DNA of 64,000 bases, taken from NCBI GenBank assembly GCA_964276515.1, contig OZ193909.1, forward strand, positions 12,400,001 through 12,464,000. The letters run 5' to 3'. Below are positions 23,547 to 37,366 of the stretch, piece after piece. Positions within the stretch are counted from its first letter, which is position 1; each line of letters starts with the position of its first letter. This DNA is from Gordius albopunctatus. Taxonomy: Eukaryota. Both the position numbers and the translations under genes were made by a program. Below the pieces are notes generated by a model. The model was not told the DNA's origin and made no database searches. It saw only the letters and a list, made by a program, of their open reading frames with translations.

Positions 23547-25499
23547 AAGTTAAAGGCTCTAGTTTCTGAACCATTTCAAAGATGGAAGGATGCTTCTACA
23601 AATTTTAAGTCCCATCAAAAAAAAATTATATCATATTAATTCACTTGAAACAATTTTGTCATTAAAAAAAAATAGAGAGGGGAAAAAACTCTGCATCAGC
23701 AGTCAACTAGACACCCAAAAAATCGAAGCCCGCGATAATCGAATAAGAATTACTCCGATTATAGATACAATATTAACCTTAGGCATCCATGGTTTATCAT
23801 TAAGAGGCCATAAAGATTGTGGGCGTATCAACTTGGATGTTCAAGATAACAATGATGGTAATTTTCGGGCTATTCTAAGACACCGTTCTACTGGTGATCA
23901 GACACTTTCCGATTTTTTTACAAAATTCTTCCAAAAATGCTCTCTATCTAAGCCCTCACTTTCAAAATGAGGTAATTACAATTTGCAATCAACTCATTTC
24001 GCAAAAAATAGTCACCAATATTAACAAATCCCCATTTTTCACTGTTCTATGTGACGAATCGACTGATATAGTCGGAGTGCAACAAATGTCTTTGTGTGCA
24101 CGCTATCTAGATACTGTCACCGTGACAATTAAAGAAGATTTTCTTCAATTTGTGCCGGTACATGACACAACCGGAAAAGGATTAGCGGATGTTATTATTA
24201 ATAGTCTAAAAAAGCTAAATATTAATATCAATTTGTTAAGAGGCCAAGGCTATGATGAAGCTCGCAATATGTGCGGAAAATTAAATGGTGTCCAGTCCAT
24301 TATTATGAAAGTATACCCAACGACATTGTATGTCCACTGTATGATAATTTTTTTAAATGGGTATTGTTTCTAAAGTTTATGATATGTTTAAATACTCCAA
24401 ACGGCAAGATGTTTTATTAGAAGTCTTGTCAAAAATGGACAATAAACCAGTAATGGAAAAATTAAAGCAAGTGCGTGTGACCCGTTGGTCATCACGGCAC
24501 GAAGCTGTTGCAACGCATATAAAACTTCAAGATGCGATTTATCCTGGTATGATCGCGATGCCGCGACAGAGGCGGCAACTTTGCTGTCTTCTTTGCGGCA
24601 ATCGGACTTTATAATATCGCTATTATGTCTTCATACACTTTTCAGTTATACATGAATTCTTTGTAGGCAATTGCAAAAAAAAAGTCTAGACCTACAGCAG
24701 GTCACCGAGTTGGCCCAAAACATTGTTGATCAGATGAAATTGTTGAGAACTAATGTTGATCAAGAATTTCATCAAATTTTTTTAATGGCAGAAGCTAAGG
24801 CAAACTTATACCAAACCAATTTGATCTTGTAAAACCCAGGTGGGCTAGAGAACAAACGTTCCGAAGTAATATTCCAACAGACTCTGTTGAGGACTATTAT
24901 AAAATCACAATTTTTATACCATTACTTGAGTCTTTTATTGTTCAACTCAATGAAAGGTTTTTAGACAAGAAAGAAATTATTGCAAATTTTCAAGTTTTGT
25001 TTCCTCAAGATTCAAAAGTTTCGCCTACAGCTCAGATAAAAATAAATCACTTAGTGGATTTTTACTAGAATTTGATATCTGGTATATGTCGTTGTCTCAG
25101 ATGCCAGAAGAATTGCGTCCCAAGAATTCTTTGGCTGCTTTGCTAAATCACAAAACCAAATTAGAATGCTTACCTAACCATACAACTTTATTTTATCTAT
25201 TAGCTTGTCTCCCAATTACTACATGCACAAATGAGAGAAGTTTCTCAACTTTGAGAAGACTCAAGACCTACTTACGAAATACCATGTCAAACAATAGATT
25301 AAATGGTTTGGCGCTTTTAACGATTTATCTGGAGTTAGCCCCAACTCCGGATGAAATTCTGGGTGTCTTATCTTTTGGCAAAAGAAAATTAAAAATTGTT
25401 TTATAGCGACTATTTTCATACACTGCTTTTGTATTTATATTATTGAAGTAAAAATTGGAAATTTTATACCCCCTTGAGAAAATCCTGGCTACGCGCCTG
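23547..25499 (+). mobile_element. Decayed hAT transposon (ZMYM1/PRKRIR-like transposase: TTF zinc finger, DUF4371, C-terminal dimerisation domain); left end not found
   Basis: Fragments LVSEPFQRWKDA, LRGH..DGNFRAILR, FFTVLCDESTD, RGQGYD, YVHC, TRWSSRH, LPITTCTNERSFSTLRRLKTYLRNTMSNNRLNGLALL. Right TIR CCTGGCTACGCGCCTG ends at 25499. Several frameshifts and stops. Confidence 0.93.
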
Positions 25500-28020
25500 C
25501 TTGTAGTAAGTTTAACGAGTCATTTACCCCCGACTTTTTATTCGCATAGAACTTACTTTTAATAGTTCTAATATATCTCTCGGCTAAACCATTAGTTTTG
25601 GGGTGGTAGGGCGGTCCCGTGAATTGAACTAAGCCATTGTCTTTACAAAAAAATTTTAATTCCGTAGATTTAAATTGCGGGCCATTGTCATTGACAATAT
25701 ATCTAGGTAACCCAAAACGCGCAAAAATTGTCCTTAAATTTTGGATAATTTTTGTTGAGTTTATCTCGCCCAGCACCATTACTTCGGGCCATTTTGTAAA
25801 AGCATCAATGCAAACTAACCAATACTTCTTATTGATGGGTCCCGCTAAGTCTATGTGAACCCGTTCCATGCTTGGTCGTTCTTCTTGGCAATGTTTACAG
25901 GTATTAACGTATTTTTCTATGTCTACGTCAATATTATTCCAGTACACATAGTATCTCCCTAATGACTTCATAGCCACGATTCCCGGATGACCATCATGTA
26001 GAATTTTAAGAATATGTGGCCTTAATTTTTCCGGAATTATAAGTCAATCTTTAAAAAATAAAATATTATTTTCGAAAGAAATGTAATTTCTTAATTGCAG
26101 GTATTTTAGTACGTTATCGTTATTTGAAGAGCCTTGCCATCTATTTTTAAATTGCTCTATAAATTCTTTTAGTACATTATCTTTTATTGTTTCCTCTACA
26201 ATATTTTTTGTGTTCAAAGTCAAATCATCGATTAATTGTAATTTAATTCTTCGTATATCATTATCTATGTTTAAATTGTGAGGTGAATCCTTTGGGCATA
26301 ACCGAGAAAGTGCATCAGCACACTGATTAGATTTCCCTGGGATGTATTTTATATCATAATCATATTGGAGTAATTCAATTGCCCATCTTAGTAACCTATT
26401 ATTGGTTATTTTACTAAGATGCCGGGTTGTCCCAAAAATATTTATAAGAGGGTGGTGATCTGTCTGAATTGTGAATTTACGACCATAAATATAATGATGG
26501 AATTTATTTATCGCATAATTTACTGCCGATGCCTCTCTGTCGATGACGGAGTAATTTTTCTCGGCGGAATTTAGCGAACGAGAGGCGTAGGCAATAGGTT
26601 TTTCTTGGCCAGAGGAAAACTTATGCGCTATAACTGCTCCTAAACCTAAATCTGACGCGTCGATTGAAATTATGATAGGCAATTCTTTTTGATAAGGTAC
26701 TATAGTTTTTCTGTTTGAGATTGTAGTTTTAACTTTTTCAAAAGTTAATTTTTCTAAGTCGCCCCATACCCATTTTGTATTTATGGAAGTTAATTTGTAT
26801 AAAGGAGCGCAATTTATCTGAAGGTTGGGGATAAAAGTTTCTAAATAGTTTACCAACCCAAGGAAAGAACGAAGTTCCTTTTTGTTTTCGGGTCTTTTAA
26901 AACTTTTAATCTTTAGAATCTTATCCTCACTCGCTGTTATGCCTTCACTATTAATTATATGTCCTAAGTATTTGACAGGCTTTTTAAATAGTTGCATTTT
27001 TGTTTGAGATGTTGTTAAACCGACAGTTTGAAAGAGATTTAATACTGTTACTAATTTGTTTAAGTGATACTTTTCGTTTTTACCGTTAATTATAACATCG
27101 TCTATAAAGACGCTCACCCTGGGTATGTTATTAACCAATTGTCTCATAAACCTATGAAAGATAATCGGCGCTGTTTTTTAGCCCAAACGGTAATCTCTTA
27201 TAACAAAAATATCCTATATGCGTTGATATGTTTAAATATTTCCTTGATTTATCATCAAGTTCAAGTTGTAAAAAGGCATATTTGAGGTCAATGATATAAA
27301 ATTCAGCCACGTCGCTGAAAGTCGGTAAAATATCCTGATCTTTAGCCAAGTTTTGATTTATGGTTAAACGAAAATAGCCACATATACATTGGCGTTAAAG
27401 TAGGATTAATGTTTTCAATGATGTCTTCGTTAAGTAGCCGTTGGAGTTCATCTTCTACAGCTTGTCGTAGTGGAAACGGTACTCTTCTCGCTGCAAACAT
27501 TCGAGTGTCACTTTGAAATCTTTTACTTTTCCTAATTTTTCGGAGAAGACGTGGGGAAATTGTTCAATAATTGCATGTACATTTGAAGGTATTTCAATAA
27601 TAGAGTTTAGGCAAACCGACTTTGGTAGAGTTAAGTTAAATTTTGAGATAAACGGCATACCAAATATTGCTGAACCTTTACCTTTGATGGCATAAATATC
27701 TAAATACTTTGTCACCCACCAACGTCCACCTTCACTTTGGTTTTACCAAGTGTTGCAATAGCCTTTCTACCATAGCCGTATATCGTCGGAGCTTGGTAAA
27801 GTTTAGGCTTCCCGATTCGAGACCACGTTATTTCATCAATTACGTTACGCTACATGCCGCACCCGTGTCGAAGATCATTTCATAGTAGGGGACATCGTTA
27901 ATGCGTACGTTGATGTGAGCTTTGGTGTGGTGATCGGAGTCGTGGTTGATGGCTGATAATTTATCAAATTTTTTTGAACCCCCTCTCTTTAGGCAATCCT
28001 GTCTGATAAAACCCTTTTTT
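25500..28020 (-). mobile_element. Truncated Ty3/Gypsy LTR-retrotransposon pol relic (protease, RT, RNase H, integrase); no LTRs seen
   Basis: Domain order: protease (MIFDTGA near 27870), RT (DLKYAFLQL, RLPFGL, FIDDVII), RNase H (DASDLGLGAV, AYASRSL, TDHHPL, ADALSR), integrase (HIDLAGP, DNGPQF, PYHPKTNGLAER). Confidence 0.95.
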
Positions 28021-28265
28021 TAAGATTTTCGTTGATTTAAATTACAGTGTAATCTGTTTAACTCATTGACGGCAGCATCCCATTCCCAATTACCTCATTT
28101 ACAAATTATAAATTCAATACTACAAAAATTAGACATTTCCCTTGTGTAGTTTTGGAAAGTCAATTATAACAATTTCAACCTAAACTCTACATATTTGAAA
28201 GTATTTTCTAAACTTTATCTAATGAAATTTAATAGCAATTTTCTTCAGAATTCAATTTAAATATT

Positions 28266-28543
28266 TTTGTACCGGTAGTAGCCACGACCCTCGGTAATTT
28301 AGGTCCCGAGGGCAGACAATTCCTCAAACAAACAGCAAAATTTATAACCTCCATCACACACGATCCCAAAGAATTTTCCTACATCAAGCAGAAAATCACC
28401 GTGGAAATTGTGAAATCTAATACAATCCCAATCCATGGCTCGATGCCAGCTTATTAATTTCTTTATTAATTTTATATATTTTAGCATATAACATACATAA
28501 TTATTTGGAAATAAACTTTGATTCAATAAAAAAAATAATAAAA
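28266..28543 (+). pseudogene. 3' end of a CRE-like (restriction-like endonuclease) non-LTR retrotransposon, 5'-truncated
   Basis: Plus-strand frame 28266-28457 reads FVPVVATTLGNLGPEGRQFLKQTAKFITSITHDPKEFSYIKQKITVEIVKSNTIPIHGSMPAY*. This matches the C-terminal FxP..T.G..G...FL...D..E..Y..Q..S...GN...I.G.P pattern of CRE ORFs. AATAAA and an A-rich tail follow. Confidence 0.75.
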
Positions 28544-28604
28544 ATTAAAGCATTTTAAAACCTTTATTAAACATGTTTTTATTAAAATTCACAATAGCCT
28601 CTAT

Positions 28605-30165
28605 CATAGGCGTAGCCAGGATTGCCTCAAGGGGGGTTCAAAATTTTTAAGCATATATACAGTAATGGCGGAGGCAGGATCATCTAAGAGGGGGGGGGGC
28701 AGGGTAAATTTTGTGTCAAAGAATTTCGAGTAAACAAAAACGAATTAAAATTATATAAATTCAATATCTAAGATGGATTTTTGGTGAAAAATGCCAAATT
28801 GCAATGAGTCCTTTCAATTTTTCTGTTTGTGCTAATTAGACCCATTGTTGAACTAAACACTTGCATGGACCTTTTAGGCTTAATTTTCGCACCACTACTA
28901 AAAAATGTCCCGCTGAGATTATAAGCCCGAGTTCGCCTCACTGATTTTTTGTAATGCACAGGCCCAGCCTACACCCTCCCAAAAAATCTTATATATTCTG
29001 CGGCTTTTTAAACATTTTTTGTCAGTACCAAAACAATTATTTATATGTTAAAATTGTTCAATATTAATCATGTTAAATACATTAGTCTCAAGCAGGCTTT
29101 TGTTTCTTCCAACAAGTTAAATTTTCATTAGTAGCACTTGAAGCTGCATAAAATCATTTATGATAATTGAAACTCTATGCTAGGATAATTTTATACTAAA
29201 TATACATATTTTTGTTAATGTTTCACGATTCCCTTTTTAAAAAATAAAAGCATTGGGATCCACTTTTTTAAAAATCACCACAAGTTCTATGAATAAATAG
29301 CAAACAAAAATTAATAAGGATTTGTTTGTATTGTAAAGTTAAATAATAATAAAATTTGATAAACATCATAAAAACACCATTTTTATCTATTAAAACAAAA
29401 AGGTTTTGCCCCTACTAATAGCTAGAACGATCCCGAGCCCATTTTATTACCATAACGCTCGTCCAAGTTAGGCCCGCAATTTTTAACAAAAGCCCATGCC
29501 CGGCTTTTGGGGTGCCAGCTGTATTTGCTATAATAAAGTTAGCTATATTATGATCATAAAGTAAACCTAAAAAAATGAATTTACTAAACCATAAGAATTA
29601 TTAATTTTTAGTTGAATTAATACGCACAATTTGAGTCTAGAATCAGCACGCACAATTTTTAAAGAAATAAAATTTCAAAGTATGTTTTGAAATGAAGCAT
29701 GAATGAAAGAAATGTGCAAAACGCTTTGTAAAATTATCATTTACATTAATATTAATTATTTGTATTTTATTATTATACTTGTCTCTAGTTTTATATCCAA
29801 AACTTCTAAACCATATTAAATAATTTTAAAAATAAAATAATTAATTACCTTTATAACTAAAATTTGGTTTGTATCAGCATTTTCCTCCTTTATTTTAGAT
29901 TTTTAGAGAAATAATTAGGAATTATATTTCTTATTACAAAATACGCACTCGGGACAGAAAGTTTTTGTACAAATAGTGTTAGAATTAGTATATTTCATCT
30001 AAAATTTAATTTCAAATTAATTAAGATAACTTATTATTTCTATATGCGCAAACAAGACTCCTATTTATATCATTGAAATTTTCCGCATAATTTGAAAAAA
30101 AAGTCAAACTTTTTGGCCCAAGGGGGGGTCCTAATCCGAAAACCGCCCCCTTCCCTACGCTAATG
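28605..30165. mobile_element. Complete 1.56-kb non-autonomous hAT-type element
   Basis: Ends CATAGGCGTAG / CTACGCTAATG with a perfect 8-bp TSD GCCTCTAT (28597-28604, 30166-30173). Both ends resemble those of the 37367-39007 hAT. Confidence 0.92.
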
Positions 30166-30233
30166 GCCTCTATTGATTATTGAAATTCGCGGGATCGATG
30201 TGCAGATGTCTGCCCCTGCTTCTATATAATCAC

Positions 30234-30723
30234 TAGAGATGTTAAATTGATAACTTGAATCTGGTGCAAAATGTAATATGTGCAAAATCTAATAATGTAA
30301 TATTCGCATTTTAGAAATTGAGACCGGTTTTCACGCATATTCATACGCATGTAATATGTACTAAAAAAGTACGTAATAAAAGGATACTATAATTGTTAAT
30401 TGAAACAAAATAAGTTATATCAAAATGTATAATACTATTTTATAAATAAATACATATTATCAAATAAATCACTAAATCTTACCCTAACCCTTGCCTATAT
30501 TACATTTTGCACATATTAGATTTTGCACAGAAGTGGATAACTTTCTTCAAACTCCAGACGCGAGAACGCACACTGAGTTGCTTAATATGCGCGTTAGCAC
30601 ATTATGTGCTCGCTGTTCGGTGCACCAGGCAGAGCAGTAGCATATAAAAATGCTCGAGGGTCGAGCAGAAATTCGAGTAGATGGTAGCTAGAGTTGAAGA
30701 ACGTTAGCAATTTAACAACTCTG
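30234..30723. mobile_element. hAT-type MITE carrying an internal inverted-repeat insert (about 30262-30530)
   Basis: TAGAGATGTTAAATTG / CAATTTAACAACTCTG, perfect TSD ATAATCAC, inner GTGCAAAAT-TAATATGTGCAAAAT inverted motifs. Confidence 0.8.
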
Positions 30724-31975
30724 ATAATCACTTAATAACATTTTGATTTTTTATTTGCCTTTATTTCTAACATCTCTTCCCCAATCGAACTAATTTACAT
30801 CGGCGATATTTAGAAAATGCATAACAACTTAATCTGGTAATTTAGTCCTGGAAACACACATACTTTTTAAATAAAACTTAATTATAATGTAGAAAATCTA
30901 ACACATAAAATCCAGATGATGCTAAACTTAAAAAATAACTCCTCTCCTACATACACATAATAGCAGAGGTAGAGTTGAGTTAATCGAATCCACCCCTATC
31001 CAAAACATATCTAATTACACCTCATTTTAACCGGAATGAGGTATATTAGAGTATGGGGGGGGGGGTTTGTGAATTTTTATGAAAGCCACTTAAAAATTTA
31101 TTCCATAGCGATGCAAGTGCTACTTCGTTAAGGGCGAGTATCAGGTATCATAAGCAATAAGTTAGGGGAGATCATCTGCCTGCACCATCTTGATATACAG
31201 AGGGGGCTAGGCGTTGATTTAATTTTTATTAGACGGTTACCGTTCTTCGAAGAATTTATAGTATTTCGCTTAAGTTAACGTAATACATAAATATTTCCTC
31301 ACATCGAATGTTTTATCATCACTCTCTAGTTATTTATAATAATCCCTCCCCCCCCCCTCACCCTTTATTAAATTTTAGTATGCCCATCATGATAAACAAT
31401 TTTGTCTAATCAACTTTTACGGAGTCAAAATTGATTACTGCGTAACACCTGACAGGTAAGAATGTGCTTTTTACCAATTAAATAACGATGTGTTTTTAAG
31501 CGATCTGATCATATTACCCAACTCGCGAGCGAGCCTTTATTGAGGTAGTTCTTTTCCGGTATTATATCAGCATCAAACAGCAAGATATTCCAACTCCTTT
31601 GCCCCCAAGTAAGTCATTAATTATAAAAGTAAATATCTCACTCACATAAAAAAATTTGATGGAAATAATTAAGATTTTGATATAAACTTAGCAGAAATTT
31701 ATTCACAATCATATAATTAAAAAATGTGTATAATAAATGATTTTTCTAAATAGCTAACCCAAAAATGCTTCATTTTATCCGATAAAGTTTGTCTTTGTGA
31801 GGGAGAGAGACGATAGTTCAGTTAAACCTACAATTTATATCTTTTTTGCATTAAATATACTAAAAACTCAATTTTAAGAATGATAAAAGGTAGTTGTCTT
31901 TTGCGCTATTCTAACCCATATTTTGGCTACACCCATGATGGGCCATGTATAACTTAATAAGTTTTAAAGAGTCAT

Positions 31976-32103
31976 CATGGGCGTATCCAGGTTTTGGATG
32001 GGGGGGGGCGAAACGTTAAAAAGTTCAATTAGGGGGGTGGGGGGGGGTAAACCAAAAAATTTTTTCGTCATTTAGACGCCCCCCTCCCCTGGCTACGCCC
32101 ATG
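31976..32103. mobile_element. hAT-type MITE (CATGGG family)
   Basis: CATGGGCGTATCCAGG ... CCTGGCTACGCCCATG; TSD AGAGTCAT/GGAGTCAT. Confidence 0.88.
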
Positions 32104-33197
32104 GGAGTCATTATTTTTATTCATTGTATGACAAATAAATTACTTTCTTTAAATGTGTAATATGTTCCTAGTATAAAATAGAACCAGCGAGGGATTAAAT
32201 TCGTTAACATTTAATATAATTATGGCGAAAATTAGTAAAAATTATCATTTTGCCCCTCCCTAAGTCATTATTGCCTGCCTCTAAATACCCCTTCTCAGTA
32301 AAACCACATGCTCGCTCCAGAAATTAAATTAACAATTTGAGGTTGGGCTTATCAAATTTACATGCGAAATATTTGTTATCTGCTCAATAACTAAAATGAC
32401 AGATTATTTCGCTCATTCTTATCTAGGATATTTAGCACATGCTCATGGGTTGAGTAGCAGATGCCATCCTAAATTCAAAATATTTTCAATATTCAATAAT
32501 ATTAGGATATCATAAAATTTATTATTTTGCCCCTCCCTAAATCATTACCAACCCCTTTCACTTACTTAAATTCTGGCTACACCCACGACGCACATGCTGC
32601 TAATTTTAGCATTTAGAAATTGGCTAGGGGGATTCACATTTACTTTTTTTCCCTATGTTGATTCAGCTTGGTTATCACAACACTACCGGAAACTTATGCT
32701 AAACTGAAATGCGTTGTCAGGAGTTGTTGGATAAAAATTATGGATGGAAAATGTGTTTTTGCCAACATAAAAAGCAAATTTTATTGCGTATGCTTCGTGG
32801 TGCTATTCATTTTTGCACCAAAAGGAAGACCATCTTGCTTGCCTCGGCTAAATTAATCGGGGAAGGCGCGGAGTAAAGCGTTAAATGAAAACAACACATG
32901 ACATGATGATACTATGCTGAAATCATGATGATGTATCAGACTTTTTATGTTAGACATAATTCACATTTATGCAGAATTTACTATGAATTATATTGGATTT
33001 TTTATAAGAATGGACGGGGGGGGGCTGTAATGTTTAACGTATGTTTAGATATGGTAAATCCATCTTTTATGACTAATTAGTCTTTATCCATCTCATTAAA
33101 CCTTGATTCTGTTTTGGTTTAAAATTTAAACTTAGAAAATTTTATATTTTTAAATCATGCAGTTTGTAGTTTGGCTTATACGCTGCATTCCTTTAAC

Positions 33198-36100
33198 CAG
33201 TCTTGTTAAGGAGCGGCGCTCCTGTAGCGCCGCTACATTTTTTCCAAAAAAAGCTGGAGCGCCCCTCCTTTTTTAAATTGGAGTAGCTCCTTTAGGGGCG
33301 CCGCTCCTCCTTTAAATTTAATATGTAAATTATATTATTTTTTAAACATTAATAATATTTGTTAATTAAAATTTGATGAAAATATAATTTTATTTAAATT
33401 TAGTCATTATTAAATTTTGAGCCGAGTTTTATATTGATTTTTCATCTAATCATTTGAATTTTTGGATAGTCGAGACTAGTGGTGGGAAAACGCTTAGCAC
33501 TAGCGCGCTTAGCACCTCCCCGCTGATGGGAATAGCCTATTAAATACGCTATGTCTACTAGCACATAGTCACTTTAAGTGCTATAAGCTATAGGAGATGG
33601 GAGGTTTGAGGTGCTAGAGCTATAGGAGATGGGAGGTTTGAGGTGCTATGAGCTATAGGAGATGGGAGGTATGAGGTGCTATGTGCTATAGGAGATGGGA
33701 GGTTTGAGGTGCTATGTGCTATAGGAGATGGGAGTTTGAGGTGCTATGTGCTATAGGAGATGGGAGGTTTGAGGTGCTATGTGCTATAGGAGATGGGAGT
33801 TTGAGGTGCTATGTGCTATAGGAGATGGGAGTTTGAGGTGCTATGTGCTATAGGAGATGGGAGTTTGAGGTGCTATGTGCTATAGGAGATGGGAGGTTTG
33901 AGGTGCTATGTGCTATAGGAGATGGGAGTTTGAGGTGCTATGTGCTATAGCCGATTGCACTTAAATGCGCTACTCCTATAGCACCGGCGCTAACACTGGG
34001 AATAATTTTTTTAATTGTTTATTTTGTTTTTATTAAATATTAAAATACATCTGAATATAATTTTTTTGCCCTATCTTACCATCTAACTACGACTTATTTT
34101 AATATAAATATTTAATTAAATGTATGACTTTAATTTTATTTTGCATTGCTTCTACATTTATTTTATCAATAAGTCGCCCCGCCCCCCTCTGAATGACGGA
34201 AAAAAAATTTTTCCAATGTAAAAAAACCCTTACAAATTAATATTTTTTTTTATTTAGCCCCTCCCTAATTCAACTTTTATTTTAACCGTTTGCCCCCCCC
34301 CTTAATTCAAAACCTAGTTATGCCCTACGCCCATGTTTTTGAGAATAAAAAAATTAAACTCCCCCTTTCCTTAAGTTAATATGTTTCAATTAAAAGGAAA
34401 ACAATACTATTGAGTGAACTTTTATGCGTTTGCGTACTCAGACTCAGACAGTCTAAGTCTGAGCTGAGTCATAATTACCAAGAAAAGGTCACGGTTATCT
34501 CCAACTTCCTTAAACCAAATGCTATGCATGAATAGCTGGAAAGGAATCTACGTCAATAATTAACAAAATATTTGCCTGTTTTATTATATTTATCAATATA
34601 ACTAATATATATATAATGCGAAATGGTCGAAAATAAAGTTATCGTAGTTTGTGATTTTTAACGAGTGTGTTTTCATATAGACGTTGATAAAGATATCTCA
34701 CTTGGGAAATCTTTTATTATATTTCCCAAATGTAACATAAAATAAGTACTTTAACCGGCTGATATAAAACACATTGGAAATATTACACTTAAAGATTAAA
34801 TTTGTTATTTAAGTCGGATTTATATTGGTTATTAATTAGTGACCAACCATAACCTTTTTTAAATATTCTTAACATAAGTTTTATGTTGAGGTGACCGGGG
34901 CTAGTCGTAGCCAGGTTAATAATTATTTTTCATAAAATTAATATTTTTATGTTGAGTTGAAGAAAAGGATAAAGATATTAAAGATGAGAGGGAAAAATTA
35001 ATTTTCTTTTTATCACTGACTGAATAAAAATAACATGCCATGAGTGAGTATGCGTACTCAGACTCTGAGATCTGAGTACGCATTAAAGTTCACTCTTCTT
35101 ACTCTTAGGTTTTCCTTTTGATTGAAACATAATCGCCCTGATGGGATATGGATTAACTTAAGGGAAGGGGGAGTTTAATTTTTTTATTCTCAAAAACATG
35201 GGGTAGGTAGGGCATAACTAGGTTTTGAATTAACCCCCCCCTCCCCGATTGAAAAAAAGTATTTTTTTAAATATTAAACATTTTGTTTAAAATTTATAAT
35301 TTAAAATACTTAGCATAAATTACTTAGCAATTTGTAATTATTTACTTAGCAGTTAAATAACACTCTTTTTTAATTTTGTTTTTTCGAACAATATATTTTT
35401 AATGGAAAATTGTTTATTAGATTACACACAAGTTCATATTAACTCTATTGTTTTCATTGAAATTATTCCCAGTGTTAGCGCCGGTGCTATAGGAGTAGCG
35501 CATTTAAGTGCAATCGGCTATAGCACATAGCACCTCAAACTCCCATCTCCTATAGCACATAGCACCTCAAACTCCCATCTCCTATAGCACATAGCACCTC
35601 AAACTCCCATCTCCTATAGCACATAGCACCTCAAACTCCCATCTCCTATAGCACATAGCACCTCAAACCTCCCATCTCCTATAGCACATAGCACCTCAAA
35701 CTCCCATCTCCTATAGCACATAGCACCTCAAACCTCCCATCTCCTATAGCACATAGCACCTCATACCTCCCATCTCCTATAGCACATAGCACCTCAAACT
35801 CCCATCTCCTATAGCTTATAGCACCTCAAACCTCCCATCTCCTATAGCTTATAGCACCTCAAACCTCCCATCTCCTATAGCTTATAGCACTTAAAGTGAC
35901 TATGTGCTATAGCTTTAGCTCCTTAAAAACGCTATTTCCCCATCACTAGTCGAGACCCCCTTTTTTTGCTCTCAGGAAAGTTTTGGATAGTCGGGACCTT
36001 TTTTTGCTCTCAGGAAAATTTTGGATAGTCAAGGAAGATTTTTGGATAGTTGAGACCTTTTTTAAAATGGTTTTAATTATTTTTGGAAAATCAAAGGAGC

Positions 36101-36204
36101 GGTTATGGAGCGGCATTCCACTAGTTGGAGCGGGAGCGCTCCTTTTAATATGTAGTAGCGGGAGCGGGAGTCGCTACTTTTAAAAAGGATCGTTAACAAG
36201 ACTG
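33198..36204. mobile_element. CAGTCTTGTTAA-family MITE split by a nested foldback element
   Basis: TIR CAGTCTTGTTAA / TTAACAAGACTG, perfect TSD CCTTTAAC. The two halves are colinear with 15648-16183. Confidence 0.92.
33477..35948. mobile_element. Foldback-like hAT-type element with inverted minisatellite arms
   Basis: TIR TAGTG(G/A)TGGGAAA and perfect TSD GTCGAGAC. Each arm has 11 copies of a 32-33-bp unit (CTATAGGAGATGGGAG[G]TTTGAGGTGCTATGTG). A second inverted pair lies at about 34300-34440 and 35050-35235. Confidence 0.92.
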
Positions 36205-37366
36205 CCTTTAACACAACTGGTAAACGTGGGTCGATATGACTTTAAAGTCAAAATATAAATGATTCGTCCATTAGTTTTTTGGGTTTTATACGATCAGAGA
36301 CGTATAAAAGCTTTTAGGTTAATCACTTATTTCCATAGTCGTAGCTGGGTGGGGGGAGGACAGCCCCCTAATTTACGAGAAAAAAATTTAAATGCAAACA
36401 CTTTGAAAAATTAAAAAAATTTATGTGAACTTTTATCACTTCGTTCAGAGGTTAAGTCAAAAATTTTAACACGGATGATATTTGTTAGGGTAATAATTAC
36501 CCCAAACTTTAAATAGGTATAACTTAGATATTTTATAATGTAAACCTGTCAAAATTTGCAGGAATAATATTTCAACTCTTATACGTTCAATATATTATTA
36601 AATTTTATACCTATCATTAGAGCACACTAATTTATTTTGTACAGCATTTTTAAACGGCTTAGGGTCATAACCCCACCCACCCGACCTACGAAGTGTTAAA
36701 CGTTTTGCCCCCCCCCACCCAAAACCTGTCTACCCCCATGCTTATTTCAATTAAATAAGCTATATAATAATATCTTTGAGACAAAGAATTAAAATATTTT
36801 GGACCACATATATATTTATTTATTACAATAGTTTCCTATTTTATAAAAGTTTTTTATGTTAAAATGCTCGAAAGGGTTCTTTGATGCTAATGCACGTAAT
36901 TCTTATGAGAGATCTGTACGGGCGGGCAGGGGTAGGGACGAGCTTGTGAAATAAAAATATTTACCGGGCCAGGGTCGGGCGGCCAAACAAGTTTAATAAC
37001 AGGCTTGTGCGGGTCAAAAAAGTTTCATAACGGGCTTGAACAGGGCTTTATTTCTACAACAAATTGGCTTTCATAGATCTTTATTTTGAATATATTTATA
37101 TGGCCTTTTAGTATTTAAAGCAAAAAATTTATGATGGTAAGATATAATAACGTCCTTAATCCCTATCTGAAAGTGGAAATGGTGAATGGGCCTAGACAGG
37201 GGGAGGCACGGAGGGGCGGCTGCCCCCTTCTTAATCTAAAATTCATTAAAATGAGGACTACAATTTTAAAATATTATCATTTTGCCCCTACCTAAATCAT
37301 TATTGCCCCCCCCTTATTTTAATGCTGGCTACGGCAATCAAATAGTGTTTATATTTATGTAATATC

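Noticed and set aside
33580..33950. Regular 32-33 bp repeats resembling a CRISPR array
   Set aside because: The units are head-to-tail with no unique spacers, are mirrored at 35520-35885 inside a TSD-flanked element, and the context is eukaryotic.
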